The position numbers and the translations under genes were made by a program. This document shows, piece after piece, positions 38,087 to 50,180 of a DNA stretch of 64,000 nucleotides (its first letter is position 1; each line of letters starts with the position of its first letter). The stretch is from contig CAWAVE010000008.1 of assembly GCA_963785435.1 (NCBI GenBank), positions 178,191 to 242,190 on the forward strand. The letters run 5' to 3'. The stretch comes from an uncultured Solirubrobacterales bacterium. Lineage in GTDB: Bacteria; Actinomycetota; Thermoleophilia; Solirubrobacterales; Solirubrobacteraceae. The notes under the pieces were generated by a model that was not told where the DNA came from, searched no databases, and saw nothing but the letters and a program-made list of their open reading frames with translations.

Positions 38087-39156
38087 GTGGCAAGAGGATC
38101 AATGGCCCAGCCAGCAATCGCGACCCGTGCCGCCACAGCCGGGAACCCAAACCCCGGCGGAGCCTTCTGGCGAGAGGCGCTGGCGCCCTACGCAAAACCG
38201 CACCTCGCCCGCAGCCTGTTGGACCTGCATGACCTCCGTGGTTCCCTATCTGAGCCTCTCGGTTGCGATGTACTACGCGCTGGATCTCTCCTACCTGCTC
38301 ACGCTCGCGATCGCGATCCCCGCCGCGGGGTTCTTGGTGCGCACCTTCATCCTCTTTCACGACTGCTCGCACGGCTCCTTTTTGCCCGGCAAGCGCGCGA
38401 ACATGTGGCTCGGCACGGTGCTCGGCCTGTTCGTCTACTCACCCTTCCTGCGCTGGCGCCACGACCACGCGATTCACCACGCGACCTCGGGTGACCTCGA
38501 CCGGCGCGGCGGTGGCGATGTGCGCACGCTGACCGTCGCTGAATACCACGCGCTCTCAGCGCGTAGCCGCCTGGCCTACCGCCTGTTCCGCAATCCGATT
38601 GTAATGTTCGGGATCGGCCCGATCGTCGCGCTGCTGATCGGCCCGCGGCTCGTCGCGCGCGATGAGCGCGCCGCGGCTGCGCCGTAGCGTGATCGGCACC
38701 AACTTCGCGTTGCTCGCGCTCGTGGTCGCACTCTGCTGGCTGCTCGGCTGGCGCGACTACCTGCTCGTGCAGGCGCCCACCGTGCTGCTCGCCGGCTCCG
38801 CTGGAATCTGGCTGTTCTACGTGCAGCATCAGTTCGAGGACGCCTACTGGGAGAGCGGTGAGGGCTGGAGCTACGCCGACGCGGCGCTGCGCGGGAGCTC
38901 CTACCTGAAGCTGCCGAAGATCCTGCAGTTCTTCTCCGGCAACATCGGCCTGCACCACGTTCACCATCTCAGCGCGCGCATCCCTAACTACAACCTGCAG
39001 CGTGCGCACGACGAGAACCCGATCTTCCACGACGTTCCGGTCCTGTCCTTCCGCGACGGCTTGCGCGCGGTGCGCTTCAAGCTGTGGGACGAGGAGCGTG
39101 CGCGGCTGGTGACCTTCGCGGAGGCGCGCAGCGCGATGCACTCAGCCGGTTCCTGA
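38087..39156 (+). pseudogene. membrane fatty-acid desaturase disrupted by at least two frameshifts (frames switch near ~38228 and ~38665)
   Basis: His boxes HDCSHG, HDHAIHH and HHVHH found in different frames; N-terminal LAPYAKPHLARSLLDL in a third frame. Confidence 0.6.
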
Positions 39157-39439
39157 AAAGGGGTGCGCAAAAGCGCGCGCTATCCTCAGAAGTGATGGTC
39201 ACACAGGCAGAGAGAGCAGCAGAGCGTCGCCGTGTGAAACTCGAGGACGTGCAGCGTCAGCTAAAAGAAGGCTCGCTGACGATTCGCAAGATGACCACGG
39301 AGGAGCGCAAGCTCTACCCGCCCGTGCCGGCCAAGGCAGGGCGCAGCAGGCGCTGAAGCCGGAGCACGGTCTCTGTCGAGTACCGTGTGAGCATCGTGCT
39401 CGCCGCTTATCACTGGCACGACCGCATCTTGAGGCGAGG

Positions 39440-39907
39440 ATGAGTCGCGACGGGGGGCCAAGCTCCTCGCGCGCGCTTGTTGAGGATGGGCCCTCTGAGT
39501 CGGGAGCCGCGCTTGCTGCGATATCGCGCCGCATCGTGGGTCTGCTCAAGGAGCACTACGGCAAGGGGCCCACGCAGGCGCGCACCTACTACTCGGGCGA
39601 GCTCGTGGTGGTGCTGCTCAGCGGTGGCTACACGCAGGCCGAGAAGACGCTGATCGAGGACGGACGTACGCGCGCCGTGATGGAGCTGCGCGCGCAGATG
39701 CAGGAAGTGATGAACGACCGTTTCCGGCAGGTCATCGAGGAGGAGCTGCAACGCAGCGTGGTCGCCTTCATGAGCGCCGCGCACCACGATCCCGACTACA
39801 ACGCCGAGGTCTTCGTGCTCGCGCCGCGTGGCGCAGAGGAAGCCGGCGTGCTCGATGGCGAGCATGCCGAGGAGCCGCAATATGCCGCGGAGGACAGCAC
39901 GGCCTAG
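39440..39907 (+). CDS. DUF2294-like hypothetical protein (155 aa)
   Basis: IVGLLKEHYGKGPTQARTYYSGELVVVLLSGGYTQAEKTL pattern. Confidence 0.55.
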   Translation: MSRDGGPSSSRALVEDGPSESGAALAAISRRIVGLLKEHYGKGPTQARTYYSGELVVVLLSGGYTQAEKTLIEDGRTRAVMELRAQMQEVMNDRFRQVIEEELQRSVVAFMSAAHHDPDYNAEVFVLAPRGAEEAGVLDGEHAEEPQYAAEDSTA

Positions 39908-40159
39908 ACGCGCTTCGTGAGCAGCTGAGCCGGCGCAGCCCGCGCGCAGAGCTGGACTTCAGATGACGGGCGGGTTGGGGCCCGGCGGCGTGGGATCGGG
40001 GCGCGGCGTGGGCGGCACCGGGTCTGGGCCCGGCGGCGGAGTGGGGCTCGGGGAGGGCGTGGGAGCGGGCGGTGAGGGGTCGGCGGTGAACTCGTGCATC
40101 GTGAGCAGAGCCTAGCGCCGCGAAGCTGCGCGTGGGGGTAGCGCCTAGAGTTCCTCGTC

Positions 40160-40951
40160 GTGTTCGACCTCGACGCCTATCTCGCGCGGATCGGCTTGGA
40201 GGGCCGCCCTGGGCTACGCGAGGTGCACCGCGCGCACAGCAGCTCGATCCCGTTTGAGAACCTCGATCCGCAGCGCGGCGTGCCGATCTCGCTTGCGCTC
40301 GAGGACCTCCAGCGCAAGCTCGTCACGCAACGGCGCGGTGGGTATTGCTTCGAGCAGAACCTGCTGTTGAAGGCCGCGCTCGAGGCGCTCGGCGCGGAGG
40401 TGGAGCTGCTGTTGGCGAGGGTGCGCGTGGGCGGTGTGGCGCCGGGGACGCGCCCGCGCAGTCATCTGCTGCTGCGCGTGCGCGCCGAGGGCGCGGAGTG
40501 GCACGCCGACGTCGGCTTCGGCCTCGGCAGTCTGCTGGAGCCGCTGCCCTTTGGTCCCGGTGGCGAGCACGAGCAGGGTGGCTGGCGCTTTCGCGTCGTC
40601 ACAGACGGTCGCGAGCAGGTGCTGCAGACGCTCGAGAAGGGCGCATGGGCCGACCTCTACGGCTTCCCGCTCGAAGCCGTCTTCCCGATCGACGTGGAGA
40701 CGGTCAACTGGTGGACATCAACCCATCCCCGCTCACCCTTCGTGACGGGCCTGATCGTGAGTCGCATCACGCCCGCTGGCACGCGGCTGGCGCTGAGCGA
40801 TTGGTCGGGCCTGGCTTTGAGCGAGCGCACGCCCAGTGGACGCCTCGATACGCCAGTGGCGCGCGAGGCGGTGCCCGGCCTGCTCGCGGAGCGCTTCGAT
40901 CTGGAGGGTTTCGAGCTCGACGCGGGCGGGCGTCTCGTGCTCAGCGCGTGA
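40160..40951 (+). CDS. nat: arylamine N-acetyltransferase (NAT), 263 aa
   Basis: Catalytic Cys in RGGYCFEQN motif, IPFENLD. Confidence 0.85.
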   Translation: MFDLDAYLARIGLEGRPGLREVHRAHSSSIPFENLDPQRGVPISLALEDLQRKLVTQRRGGYCFEQNLLLKAALEALGAEVELLLARVRVGGVAPGTRPRSHLLLRVRAEGAEWHADVGFGLGSLLEPLPFGPGGEHEQGGWRFRVVTDGREQVLQTLEKGAWADLYGFPLEAVFPIDVETVNWWTSTHPRSPFVTGLIVSRITPAGTRLALSDWSGLALSERTPSGRLDTPVAREAVPGLLAERFDLEGFELDAGGRLVLSA

Positions 40952-42093
40952 GCTTCGCGACGCTCGTTGTGATCGTGCTCGCCGGCCTCAGCGGGCCGCT
41001 GCTGGGCGCGCTTGGGCGAAGGCGCTTCGTGCCCGTGGTCGCAGGCGAGATCCTCGCGGGAATCCTGGTCGGGCCCACGGTGTTCGGTGGCGTGGACCCC
41101 GGCAACGCGACGGTCGCCACGCTCGGGCAGATCGGCTTCGCGATGCTGATGCTGACGGTCGGCATGCACCTGCCGCTACGCGACAGGCGGCTGGCCGCAT
41201 CGGCGCGCCACGGCGCGCTGCTCGCCCTGATCGTGTGCGTGGCGGCGCTGCCCGCGGGCCTACTCGCCGCGAGCATCGCGGGCAGCGGCCACGCGGCGAT
41301 CTACGCGGTCGTGCTCGCCTCGGGCTCGGCCGCGGTGCTGCTGCCCGCCTTTGAGGAGCTCGGCCTCGAGGGCGATGCGGTGATGAGCGTGATCGCGCAG
41401 GTGACGATCGCCGATGTGATCACGATCCTCTCGGTGCCGATCGTGCTCGAGCCGGGGCGCGTCACGCACGCCTTGCTCGGCGCGCTGCTCGTGGCAGGCG
41501 CAGCGGCGCTCACGCTGCTCGCGGCACGCGTGCTCGCTCGCCAGGAATGGGTGCACGAGGTGCGCCACCTCTCAAAGCAGCGTCACTGGGCGCTCGATTT
41601 GCGCCTGTCGCTGTTGATGCTGTTCGTGCTCGCTTGGATCGCGGAGAAGGGTGGCACGAGCATCCTGATCGCGGGCTTCGGCGCCGGCCTCACCGTCGCG
41701 GTGATCGGCGGCCCGAAACGACTCTCGACGCAGGTGCGCGGCGTCGCCGAAGGCTTCTTCATTCCACTCTACTTCGTGGTGCTCGGCGCAAAGCTCGACC
41801 TTGGCGGCTTGCTGAGCGCACCGTCGATGCTCGCGCTCGCCGCCGCGCTCGTGGCGCTCAACCTGCTCATCCACTTGATTGCAGCTGTCGTGTTGCGCCG
41901 CCCTGCGGCGGGAGCGTTGGCAGCGAGCGCGCAGCTTGGCGTACCCGCCGCGGTGGCCTCGCTCGGGCTCTCCGAGCATCTGCTCTCATCGGTGATCGCG
42001 ACCGCGATCGTGGCTGCGGCGCTCGCGAGCCTCGCGATCTGCACCGTCGGCGTGCAGATGCTCGCGCGTCTGGAACCGGCGAGCTGCAGCTGA
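40948..42093 (+). CDS. cation:proton antiporter (CPA family), ~381 aa
   Basis: GTG overlapping NAT stop (GTGA); multi-TM sequence. Confidence 0.7.
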   Translation: MSFATLVVIVLAGLSGPLLGALGRRRFVPVVAGEILAGILVGPTVFGGVDPGNATVATLGQIGFAMLMLTVGMHLPLRDRRLAASARHGALLALIVCVAALPAGLLAASIAGSGHAAIYAVVLASGSAAVLLPAFEELGLEGDAVMSVIAQVTIADVITILSVPIVLEPGRVTHALLGALLVAGAAALTLLAARVLARQEWVHEVRHLSKQRHWALDLRLSLLMLFVLAWIAEKGGTSILIAGFGAGLTVAVIGGPKRLSTQVRGVAEGFFIPLYFVVLGAKLDLGGLLSAPSMLALAAALVALNLLIHLIAAVVLRRPAAGALAASAQLGVPAAVASLGLSEHLLSSVIATAIVAAALASLAICTVGVQMLARLEPASCS

Positions 42094-42285
42094 GCTGAGC
42101 GATCGGGCTCGGCTCGGGCTCTGCAGCTACGAAGGGGCATCCCGGCCGGCGCGGCGTAGGCGTCGGGGGCGTCGAGCGTCTCGGCGTCGAGCAGCGCCTG
42201 AGCGAGGCTCTCGAGCTGCTCGCGATGCTCCTCGAGCAGGCTCGTCACCTCCGCGTGGGCGCTCTCGACGAGCCTGTGCACCTCG

Positions 42286-44080
<1,795 letters not shown>

Positions 44081-44272
44081 GGATGCGGATCGGAGCGCTC
44101 GCCGTTGCAGGCTGGGCGTCGGCGTTCCTCCGTGCACGAGCCCATGCTACGCCGCGCCGGCAGAGCTATCACCCACGTAGAAGTCCGCAACGCGCGCGAG
44201 TGGCCCGACTCCGGAGGAGCGCTCCGCCCGCGGCCTAGCATCGGCCGGTCAGCGAAACCAAGGAGAGTTGAG

Positions 44273-45127
44273 ATGTTCAAGAACGTGCTTGTAGGCGTCG
44301 ATGGCAGCGACCACGGGCGCGACGCCGTTGCGCTCGCCGCGCGCCTGATCGACGCCGACGGCGAAGCTGACGCTCGCCCACGTGCATCCCGGCGAGCTGC
44401 ATCCGCTGCATGCGGTCACGCCGGGCGCTGCTGCGAGAGGAGCGCGAGGCTTCTGACGATCTCTTGAAGCGCGAGCGCGACGCTGCGGCGCTCGATGCAG
44501 AGCTCGTCAGCATCGTGGCCGCCTCTCCCGGCGCGGGCCTGCATCGCCATGCCGAGGAGCAGCGACGCAGACCTGATCGTCGTCGGCTCCTGCTCGCGCA
44601 GCGCCTTCGGCCGCGCGATGCTCGGCGATGACACGCGCGCGGCACTCAACGGCTCGCCTTGCGCGGTCGCGATCGCCGCGCGCGGATACGCCGAGCACCC
44701 GACGCCGATCGCGAAGGTGGGCGTGGGCTACAACGAGTCGCCCGAGAGCGAGCGGTGCGCTGGCGTGCCGCGCAGGGCGATCGCCGCGCCGACGCGCGCG
44801 GCGGTGAACGCGCTCGAAGTCGTCGCGATCCCGACCTATGCCTACACGGGTCTGATGCCGCCGGCGCTCGGCGAGGGCATCGACGTCGATGCTCGCCGAA
44901 GCCAACGAGCGCCTGCGCAAGCTGCCCGACGTCACGGCCGCGCGGTGTACGGACTCACCGGCGAGGAGCTCGCGGCGTTCAGCGACGAGGTCGACGTGCT
45001 CGTGGTGGGCTCGCGCGGCTACGGGCCGTTGCGGCGGCTCGTGCTCGGCAGCACCTCCGACTACCTCGAGCGTCACGCGCGCTGCTCGCTGCTCGTGCTG
45101 CCGCGCCTGGCGCAGAGCGCAAGCTAG
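44273..45127 (+). pseudogene. tandem-domain universal stress protein (UspA) with frameshifts
   Basis: MFKNVLVGVDGSDHGRDAVALAARL.. and ..VLVVGSRGYGPLRRLVLGSTSDYLERHARCSLLVLP in different frames; AGGAGA RBS. Confidence 0.55.
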
Positions 45128-45136
45128 GCTGGGGGT

Positions 45137-45480
45137 GTGTATCGCCTCCCCACGGCACCCGTCGCGTCCGGCACGCTGATCGCGGGCTACGCGGTTGCGG
45201 TGACCAGCGGCTCGCGCCCGCTCGGCGGCGTCGTGCTGCTGATCGGCGGCGCGTGGTGTGCACGAGCCTGGAGCGCACGCCACGATCGACGTACCGCGCT
45301 CACGCTCACGTCGGTCGGTCTCGCCGCGTTCATCGTCTCGCACGTGCTCGCCACGCAGATCGGCGCGTGGCCCGCAGTGCTGCTGGTGGCGGCGCTCGCA
45401 GGAGCGTGCGTGTGGGTAGCGGCTGACTCGCGCGACTGGCGCGGCGCGCGGCGTTCAGCTGCCGGCGAAGCGCGCCGCTT
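45137..45480 (+). CDS. possible small membrane protein (2 TM); ORF runs on without stop through antisense of fdh, real end uncertain
   Basis: Hydrophobic helices; weak. Confidence 0.3.
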
Positions 45481-46664
45481 CCTCGGAGCCGCCGGTCGCG
45501 TCGCCCTCGCTGTAGGAGTGCGCGCCGGCGCCGGCGAGCTTGCCGCCATCGACGATCAGGTACTCCTCGCGGATCGGCCGCCCGTCGAAGAAGCACTCGA
45601 GGATCTCGCGCGTGCCCGCCGCGTAGCGGGCCTGGGCGGAGAGGCTCGTGCCCGAGGTGTGCGGCGTCATGCCGTGATGGGGCATCGTGCGCCACGGGTG
45701 ATCCTGCGGCGCGCGGCTGGGGGAACCACACGTCGCCGGCGTAGCCGGCCAGCTGCCCGCTCTCGCACGCGCGCGCGACGGCGTCGCGGTCGCAGATCTT
45801 GCCGCGCGCGGTGTTGATCAGGTAGGCGCCGCGCTTCATCTTGCGCGAGCAGCTGCGTCGTCGAACAGGTGCTCGGTCTCGGGGTGCAGCGGCGCGTTGA
45901 TCGTGACCACGTCGCAGACCTCCACGAGCGACTCGACGTTCTCGTGGAAGGTGACGCCGAGCTCCTGCTCGACCTCGCTGCCGGCAGCCGGTGGCGGTCG
46001 GTGTAGTGCAGGCCCACCTCGAACGGCTTCAGCCGGCGCAGCACCGCCGAGCCGATCCGCCCGGCGGCGACCGTGCCGACCTGCATCCCCTCCAGGTCGT
46101 AGGAGCGCGAGACGCAGTCGGCGATGTTCCAGCCGCCGTCGACGACCCACTGGTAGGAGGGGATGTAGTTGCGCACGAGCGCGAGGATCATCATCACCAC
46201 GTGCTCGGCGACGCTGATGCTGTTCGAGTAGGTGACCTCGGCGACGGTGATGCCCGCGCTCGATCGCCGCCTGCAGGTCGACGTGGTCGGAGCCGATCCC
46301 GGCGGTGATCGCGAGCTTCAGCTTGGGCGCCTTGGCGATCCGCTCGGCGGTCAGGTAGGCAGGCCAGAACGGCTGCGAGATCACGACCTCGGCGTCCGGC
46401 GAGCTCGCGCTCGAAGACCGAGTCGGGGCCGTCCTTGTCCGAGGTGACGATCAGCTCGTGCCCGCGCGCCTCGAGGAACTCGCGCAGACCCAGCTCGCCC
46501 GAGACGCTGCCCAGCAGCTCGCCGGGCTTGAAGTCGAGGCCGGCGGGCGTCGGCGCGGTCTGGCCGTCGTGATAGCGCTCGATCGTCGGGATCGCGTCGC
46601 GTGCATAGCTCGGCGGGTAGCCGTCGACCGGATCGTCGTAGAGCACGCAGAGGACCTTGGCCAT
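45455..46664 (-). pseudogene. fdh: NAD+-dependent formate dehydrogenase with >=4 frameshifts
   Basis: Pieces [107 protein letters not shown] match the classical bacterial FDH almost residue-for-residue but lie in five frames. Confidence 0.65.
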
Positions 46665-46710
46665 GTCCAGAACCCTAGCGGGCGGCGCGAGGCGAGTATC
46701 GTCGCTAGCC

Positions 46711-47376
46711 ATGGCTGGGGATGACAGCGTGGATGCGGCTCTTGCAGAGGAGGTCCACCATCCACTTTTCGCGCGCGTCTACATGCGCTTGGCGCAGGGC
46801 GCTGACGCGCGCGGCGGCGCTGAGCATAGGCGCGAGCTGCTCGCGGGCGCCAGTGGGCGGGTGCTCGAGATCGGTGCCGGTGCTGGGGCTAACTTCGCGC
46901 ACTATCCCGCCACGGTCGTCGAGGTGATCGCGCTCGAGCCCGAGCGCCACCTGCGTGAACGCGCCCAGCTAGCTGCTGCAGATGCTCCGGTGGCGGTCTC
47001 GGTACGCGAAGGCCACGCCTCACGACTGCCCGGCGCCGATGGCGAGTTCGACGTCGCTGTGGCCTCGCTCGTGCTGTGCACCGTTCCCGACCAGCCGCGC
47101 GCGCTTGCGGAGCTGTTTCGCGTGATCCGTCCGGGCGGCGAGCTGCGCTTTTACGAGCACGTGCGCGCACGCAAGCCCGGCGAAGCGCGCGTGCAGGATC
47201 TGGCGGATGCGACCTTCTGGCCGCGAATCGCCGGCGGCTGTCATCTCGGGCGCGACACCGCCGCGGCGATCACCGCAGCGGGCTTTGCGCTCGAGAGTGC
47301 TCGGCGCTTCGCTTTCGCGCCCGCGAAGTTCGTGCCGCCGGCGGCGCACATCCTCGGCGTAGCCCGCCGTCCGTGA
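46711..47376 (+). CDS. class I SAM-dependent methyltransferase (222 aa)
   Basis: VLEIGAGAGAN motif I. Confidence 0.7.
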   Translation: MAGDDSVDAALAEEVHHPLFARVYMRLAQGADARGGAEHRRELLAGASGRVLEIGAGAGANFAHYPATVVEVIALEPERHLRERAQLAAADAPVAVSVREGHASRLPGADGEFDVAVASLVLCTVPDQPRALAELFRVIRPGGELRFYEHVRARKPGEARVQDLADATFWPRIAGGCHLGRDTAAAITAAGFALESARRFAFAPAKFVPPAAHILGVARRP

Positions 47377-47395
47377 CTCGGACATAATCACGCTG

Positions 47396-48388
47396 ATGAG
47401 AGCTATCCAGATAGTGCAGGAGACAGGACCAGACAGCGCGCTCGCGCTCGTGGAGCTGGGAGAGCCCGAGGCCTCACACATGCTCACGCCTGGCGAGGGC
47501 GTGCTTGTGGAGGTGCACGCCGCGGGCGTGTCTTTCCCGGAGCTTCTGCAGACGCGGGGCATGTACCAGATGAAACCGCCGCTGCCCTTCGTGCCCGGCA
47601 GCGAGGTCGCGGGGATCGTGCAGAGCGCGCCCGCCGGTGCGGCGGTGGCGCCGGGCGATCGCGTGGCGGCCTTCTGCGCGCTGGGCGGCTTTGCCGAGAC
47701 GGCTGTGGCGCCCGCCTTCTTCACCTTCAAGCTGCCCGACTCGATGAACTTTGCGCAGGGCGCGGGCTTGATCCTCAACTACCACACGGCCTACTTCTCA
47801 CTCGCGCTGCGTGGGCGCCTGAAGGAGGGCGAGAGCGTGCTCGTGCACGGCGCCGCGGGCGGTGTGGGCACGGCATCGCTGCAGGTCGCCAAGGCGCTCG
47901 GTGCGAGCACGATCGCGCTGGTGTCCAGCGAGGCCAAGAAGCAGGTCGCGATCGCTGCAGGCGCTGATGAGGTGGTGATGCTCAGCGATAGCTGGAAGGA
48001 CGAGGTCAAAGAGCTATCCGGCGGCGGTGTGGACGTGGTGCTCGACCCGGTCGGCGGCGATCGCTTCACCGACAGCCTGCGCTCGCTGCGTGAGAACGGG
48101 CGGCTGATCGTGGTGGGCTTCACCGGTGGCTCGATCCCCGAGGTGAAGGTCAACCGGCTGCTGCTGAAGAACACCGAGGTGATCGGTGCGGGCTGGGGCG
48201 CCTACGTGATGGGCAAGCCGCAGCTGAACATCGAGATCGGTGAAGCGATCGCGGCGATGAACGAGCGGGGCTTCATCAAGCCGATCGTCGGTGAGCGCTT
48301 CCCGATGGAGCGCGCCGCCGATGCGCTGCACGCGCTCGACGAGCGTCGCGCAACGGGCAAGATCGTGCTCGACGTGCGCCCCGCCTGA
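47396..48388 (+). CDS. NADPH:quinone oxidoreductase / zinc-type ADH-like MDR family
   Basis: GAAGGVG Rossmann motif, MDR architecture. Confidence 0.85.
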   Translation: MRAIQIVQETGPDSALALVELGEPEASHMLTPGEGVLVEVHAAGVSFPELLQTRGMYQMKPPLPFVPGSEVAGIVQSAPAGAAVAPGDRVAAFCALGGFAETAVAPAFFTFKLPDSMNFAQGAGLILNYHTAYFSLALRGRLKEGESVLVHGAAGGVGTASLQVAKALGASTIALVSSEAKKQVAIAAGADEVVMLSDSWKDEVKELSGGGVDVVLDPVGGDRFTDSLRSLRENGRLIVVGFTGGSIPEVKVNRLLLKNTEVIGAGWGAYVMGKPQLNIEIGEAIAAMNERGFIKPIVGERFPMERAADALHALDERRATGKIVLDVRPA

Positions 48389-48431
48389 GGGCGCCCGCTC
48401 AGTCACGGCGCCCGCTCAGTGAAGGCGCCCG

Positions 48432-48806
48432 TCAGCTCGCCCGACCCTTGATCACGCCAATCACGTGTCCCTGCGGATCGGTGAAGAGGCCGATCTCGAT
48501 GCCCTCCATGACTTCCTCGGGCCCCATCATGCGGGTCCCTCCGAGCTGCTCGGCCTTCTGCATCGAAGCCTCGACGTCGGGCACCTCGACGTAGAAGGTC
48601 ACATGGCCCGGATAGCCCTCCGGACCTTGCGCGATGCCTCCGCCGATCCCGATCCCCTCGGCGCTTTGGTTCCCCTCGCGCGAGACGAGGCCGTAGGCCA
48701 TCGGGTTCTCGGCATTGATCTGCCAATCGAACAGCTCTCGGTAGTACTTGTGTAGAGCGGGGCTGTCGGTGCCGGTGATCTCAAAGTGCACGACCGGGTA
48801 TCCCAT
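48432..48806 (-). CDS. VOC (glyoxalase/bleomycin-resistance) family protein
   Basis: HFEI..GHVTFYV pattern. Confidence 0.75.
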   Translation of the reverse strand: MGYPVVHFEITGTDSPALHKYYRELFDWQINAENPMAYGLVSREGNQSAEGIGIGGGIAQGPEGYPGHVTFYVEVPDVEASMQKAEQLGGTRMMGPEEVMEGIEIGLFTDPQGHVIGVIKGRAS

Positions 48807-48847
48807 GTGTTTCTCCTTGCGCTCGGATGAACGCGTCGTGATTTCGC

Positions 48848-49756
48848 CTAGCCAGCCTTCAGCAGCTCGCGCCAGCCCTCGGCGTCGAGCATCGCGGGCT
48901 CGGTTGTGTCGATGAAGTCGCTGAGCACGTCGATGAAGCGCTCGGGCTGATCGAGCTGGGGGAAGTGCCCGGACTCGGCGAAGATCTCGAGACGGCTACC
49001 CGCCAGCAGCGCGTGCGTTTCGTGCCCGTGTGCGACGGGGATCAACGAGTCGTGCTCGCCCCACAGCAAAAGCAGCGGGAGCTGCTCGGTGAGATACAGA
49101 CGGTTGGCCGCGTTGACGCGCTGGCCGCCGGGCTCGACCACCGCGCGCAGCGTGTGCACGAAGGCCGAGCGGGTATCTGCGTCGGCGAGCGTGGCGTGCC
49201 CGCGTGCGATCTCCTCGATGTCAGTGCCGGCACGTAGGCCCAGGCGTCCCAACAGGCCGCCCGCCATGCGCCCGGCGGCGAGCAGCCGCGTGGCGGCGAG
49301 CAGCGGCAGCACGAGCTCCGAGCCCGGCAGCGTGGCGGCGCGCAGCAGCAGGCTTACCTCGCGGCCGAGGCCGCCGCTGTCGATCAGCGCGAGCCGCTCA
49401 CAGCGCTCGGGGAACTGATAGGAGAGCTGCATCGCGATACCGCCGCCCAGCGAGTGTCCGACGAAGGTCGCGCGGTCGTGTCCGAGCGCCACGAGCAGGT
49501 CGCGCACGACGCTCGCGTGGGCGCCGAGCGAGTAGTCGCCCTTGGGCTTGGCCGAGCCGCCGTGGCCGATCAGGTCGGGGGCGATAACGGTGAAGCGCCG
49601 CGCTAGGTAGGGCATCACCCGTCGCCATGTGCTCGAGTCCGAGGTGATCCCGTGGATCAGCACCAGCACGGGACCCTCCTCGCCCGCCTGGCGGTAGGCG
49701 AGGCGATGGCCGTGGAGCAGGATCTCGCGCAGCTCGAGATCCTCGGTCTCGCTCAC
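48848..49756 (-). CDS. alpha/beta-fold hydrolase
   Basis: HGxxS..nucleophile elbow GHSLGG. Confidence 0.8.
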   Translation of the reverse strand: MSETEDLELREILLHGHRLAYRQAGEEGPVLVLIHGITSDSSTWRRVMPYLARRFTVIAPDLIGHGGSAKPKGDYSLGAHASVVRDLLVALGHDRATFVGHSLGGGIAMQLSYQFPERCERLALIDSGGLGREVSLLLRAATLPGSELVLPLLAATRLLAAGRMAGGLLGRLGLRAGTDIEEIARGHATLADADTRSAFVHTLRAVVEPGGQRVNAANRLYLTEQLPLLLLWGEHDSLIPVAHGHETHALLAGSRLEIFAESGHFPQLDQPERFIDVLSDFIDTTEPAMLDAEGWRELLKAG

Positions 49757-49862
49757 GGTTCGCTCACAGTCATTCTTAGTTGCAGAGTAGCGCTCGGCCG
49801 CATGGGGGGGTCACGGGCGGAGGTCAGAAGGGATGCATCTATGTATACCTATGGTGATGCCC

Positions 49863-50078
49863 ATGTCACGCACCATCGTCGATGTCGATCTGGGCGCATT
49901 GGAGGCCGCCAGTATCGAGCTCGGGACAAAGGGTGTGAGCGCGACCGTCAACGCGGCGTTGCGCCAGGTCGGGCGGCGGCAAGTACTAGCTGACTTCGAC
50001 GTAGTCCGCGACATTGACGGCACGCCTACTGAGATCGAGGCGAGCCGGCAGCATCGGGACACTGAGCACCAAGTTTGA
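49863..50078 (+). CDS. VapB-type antitoxin-like protein (71 aa), apparently orphan
   Basis: MSRTIVDVDLGALEAASIELGTKGVSATVNAALRQV typical VapB N-domain; no PIN ORF follows. Confidence 0.55.
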   Translation: MSRTIVDVDLGALEAASIELGTKGVSATVNAALRQVGRRQVLADFDVVRDIDGTPTEIEASRQHRDTEHQV

Positions 50079-50180
50079 GCTCGACCCGTTCATAGGGGGC
50101 TAACCCCACTCGCGACGGGGGTTTGCCACGGCCCGCTCGGTGGTCGTCTGCATCGACATTCACGTCCGCGAGGCTCAGCA

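Noticed and set aside
40345-40947. N-terminal 200 aa of the 582-aa ORF overlapping the NAT gene
   Set aside because: It is a frame-extension artefact. The antiporter starts at a GTG coupled to the NAT stop (40948), where hydrophobic TM segments begin.
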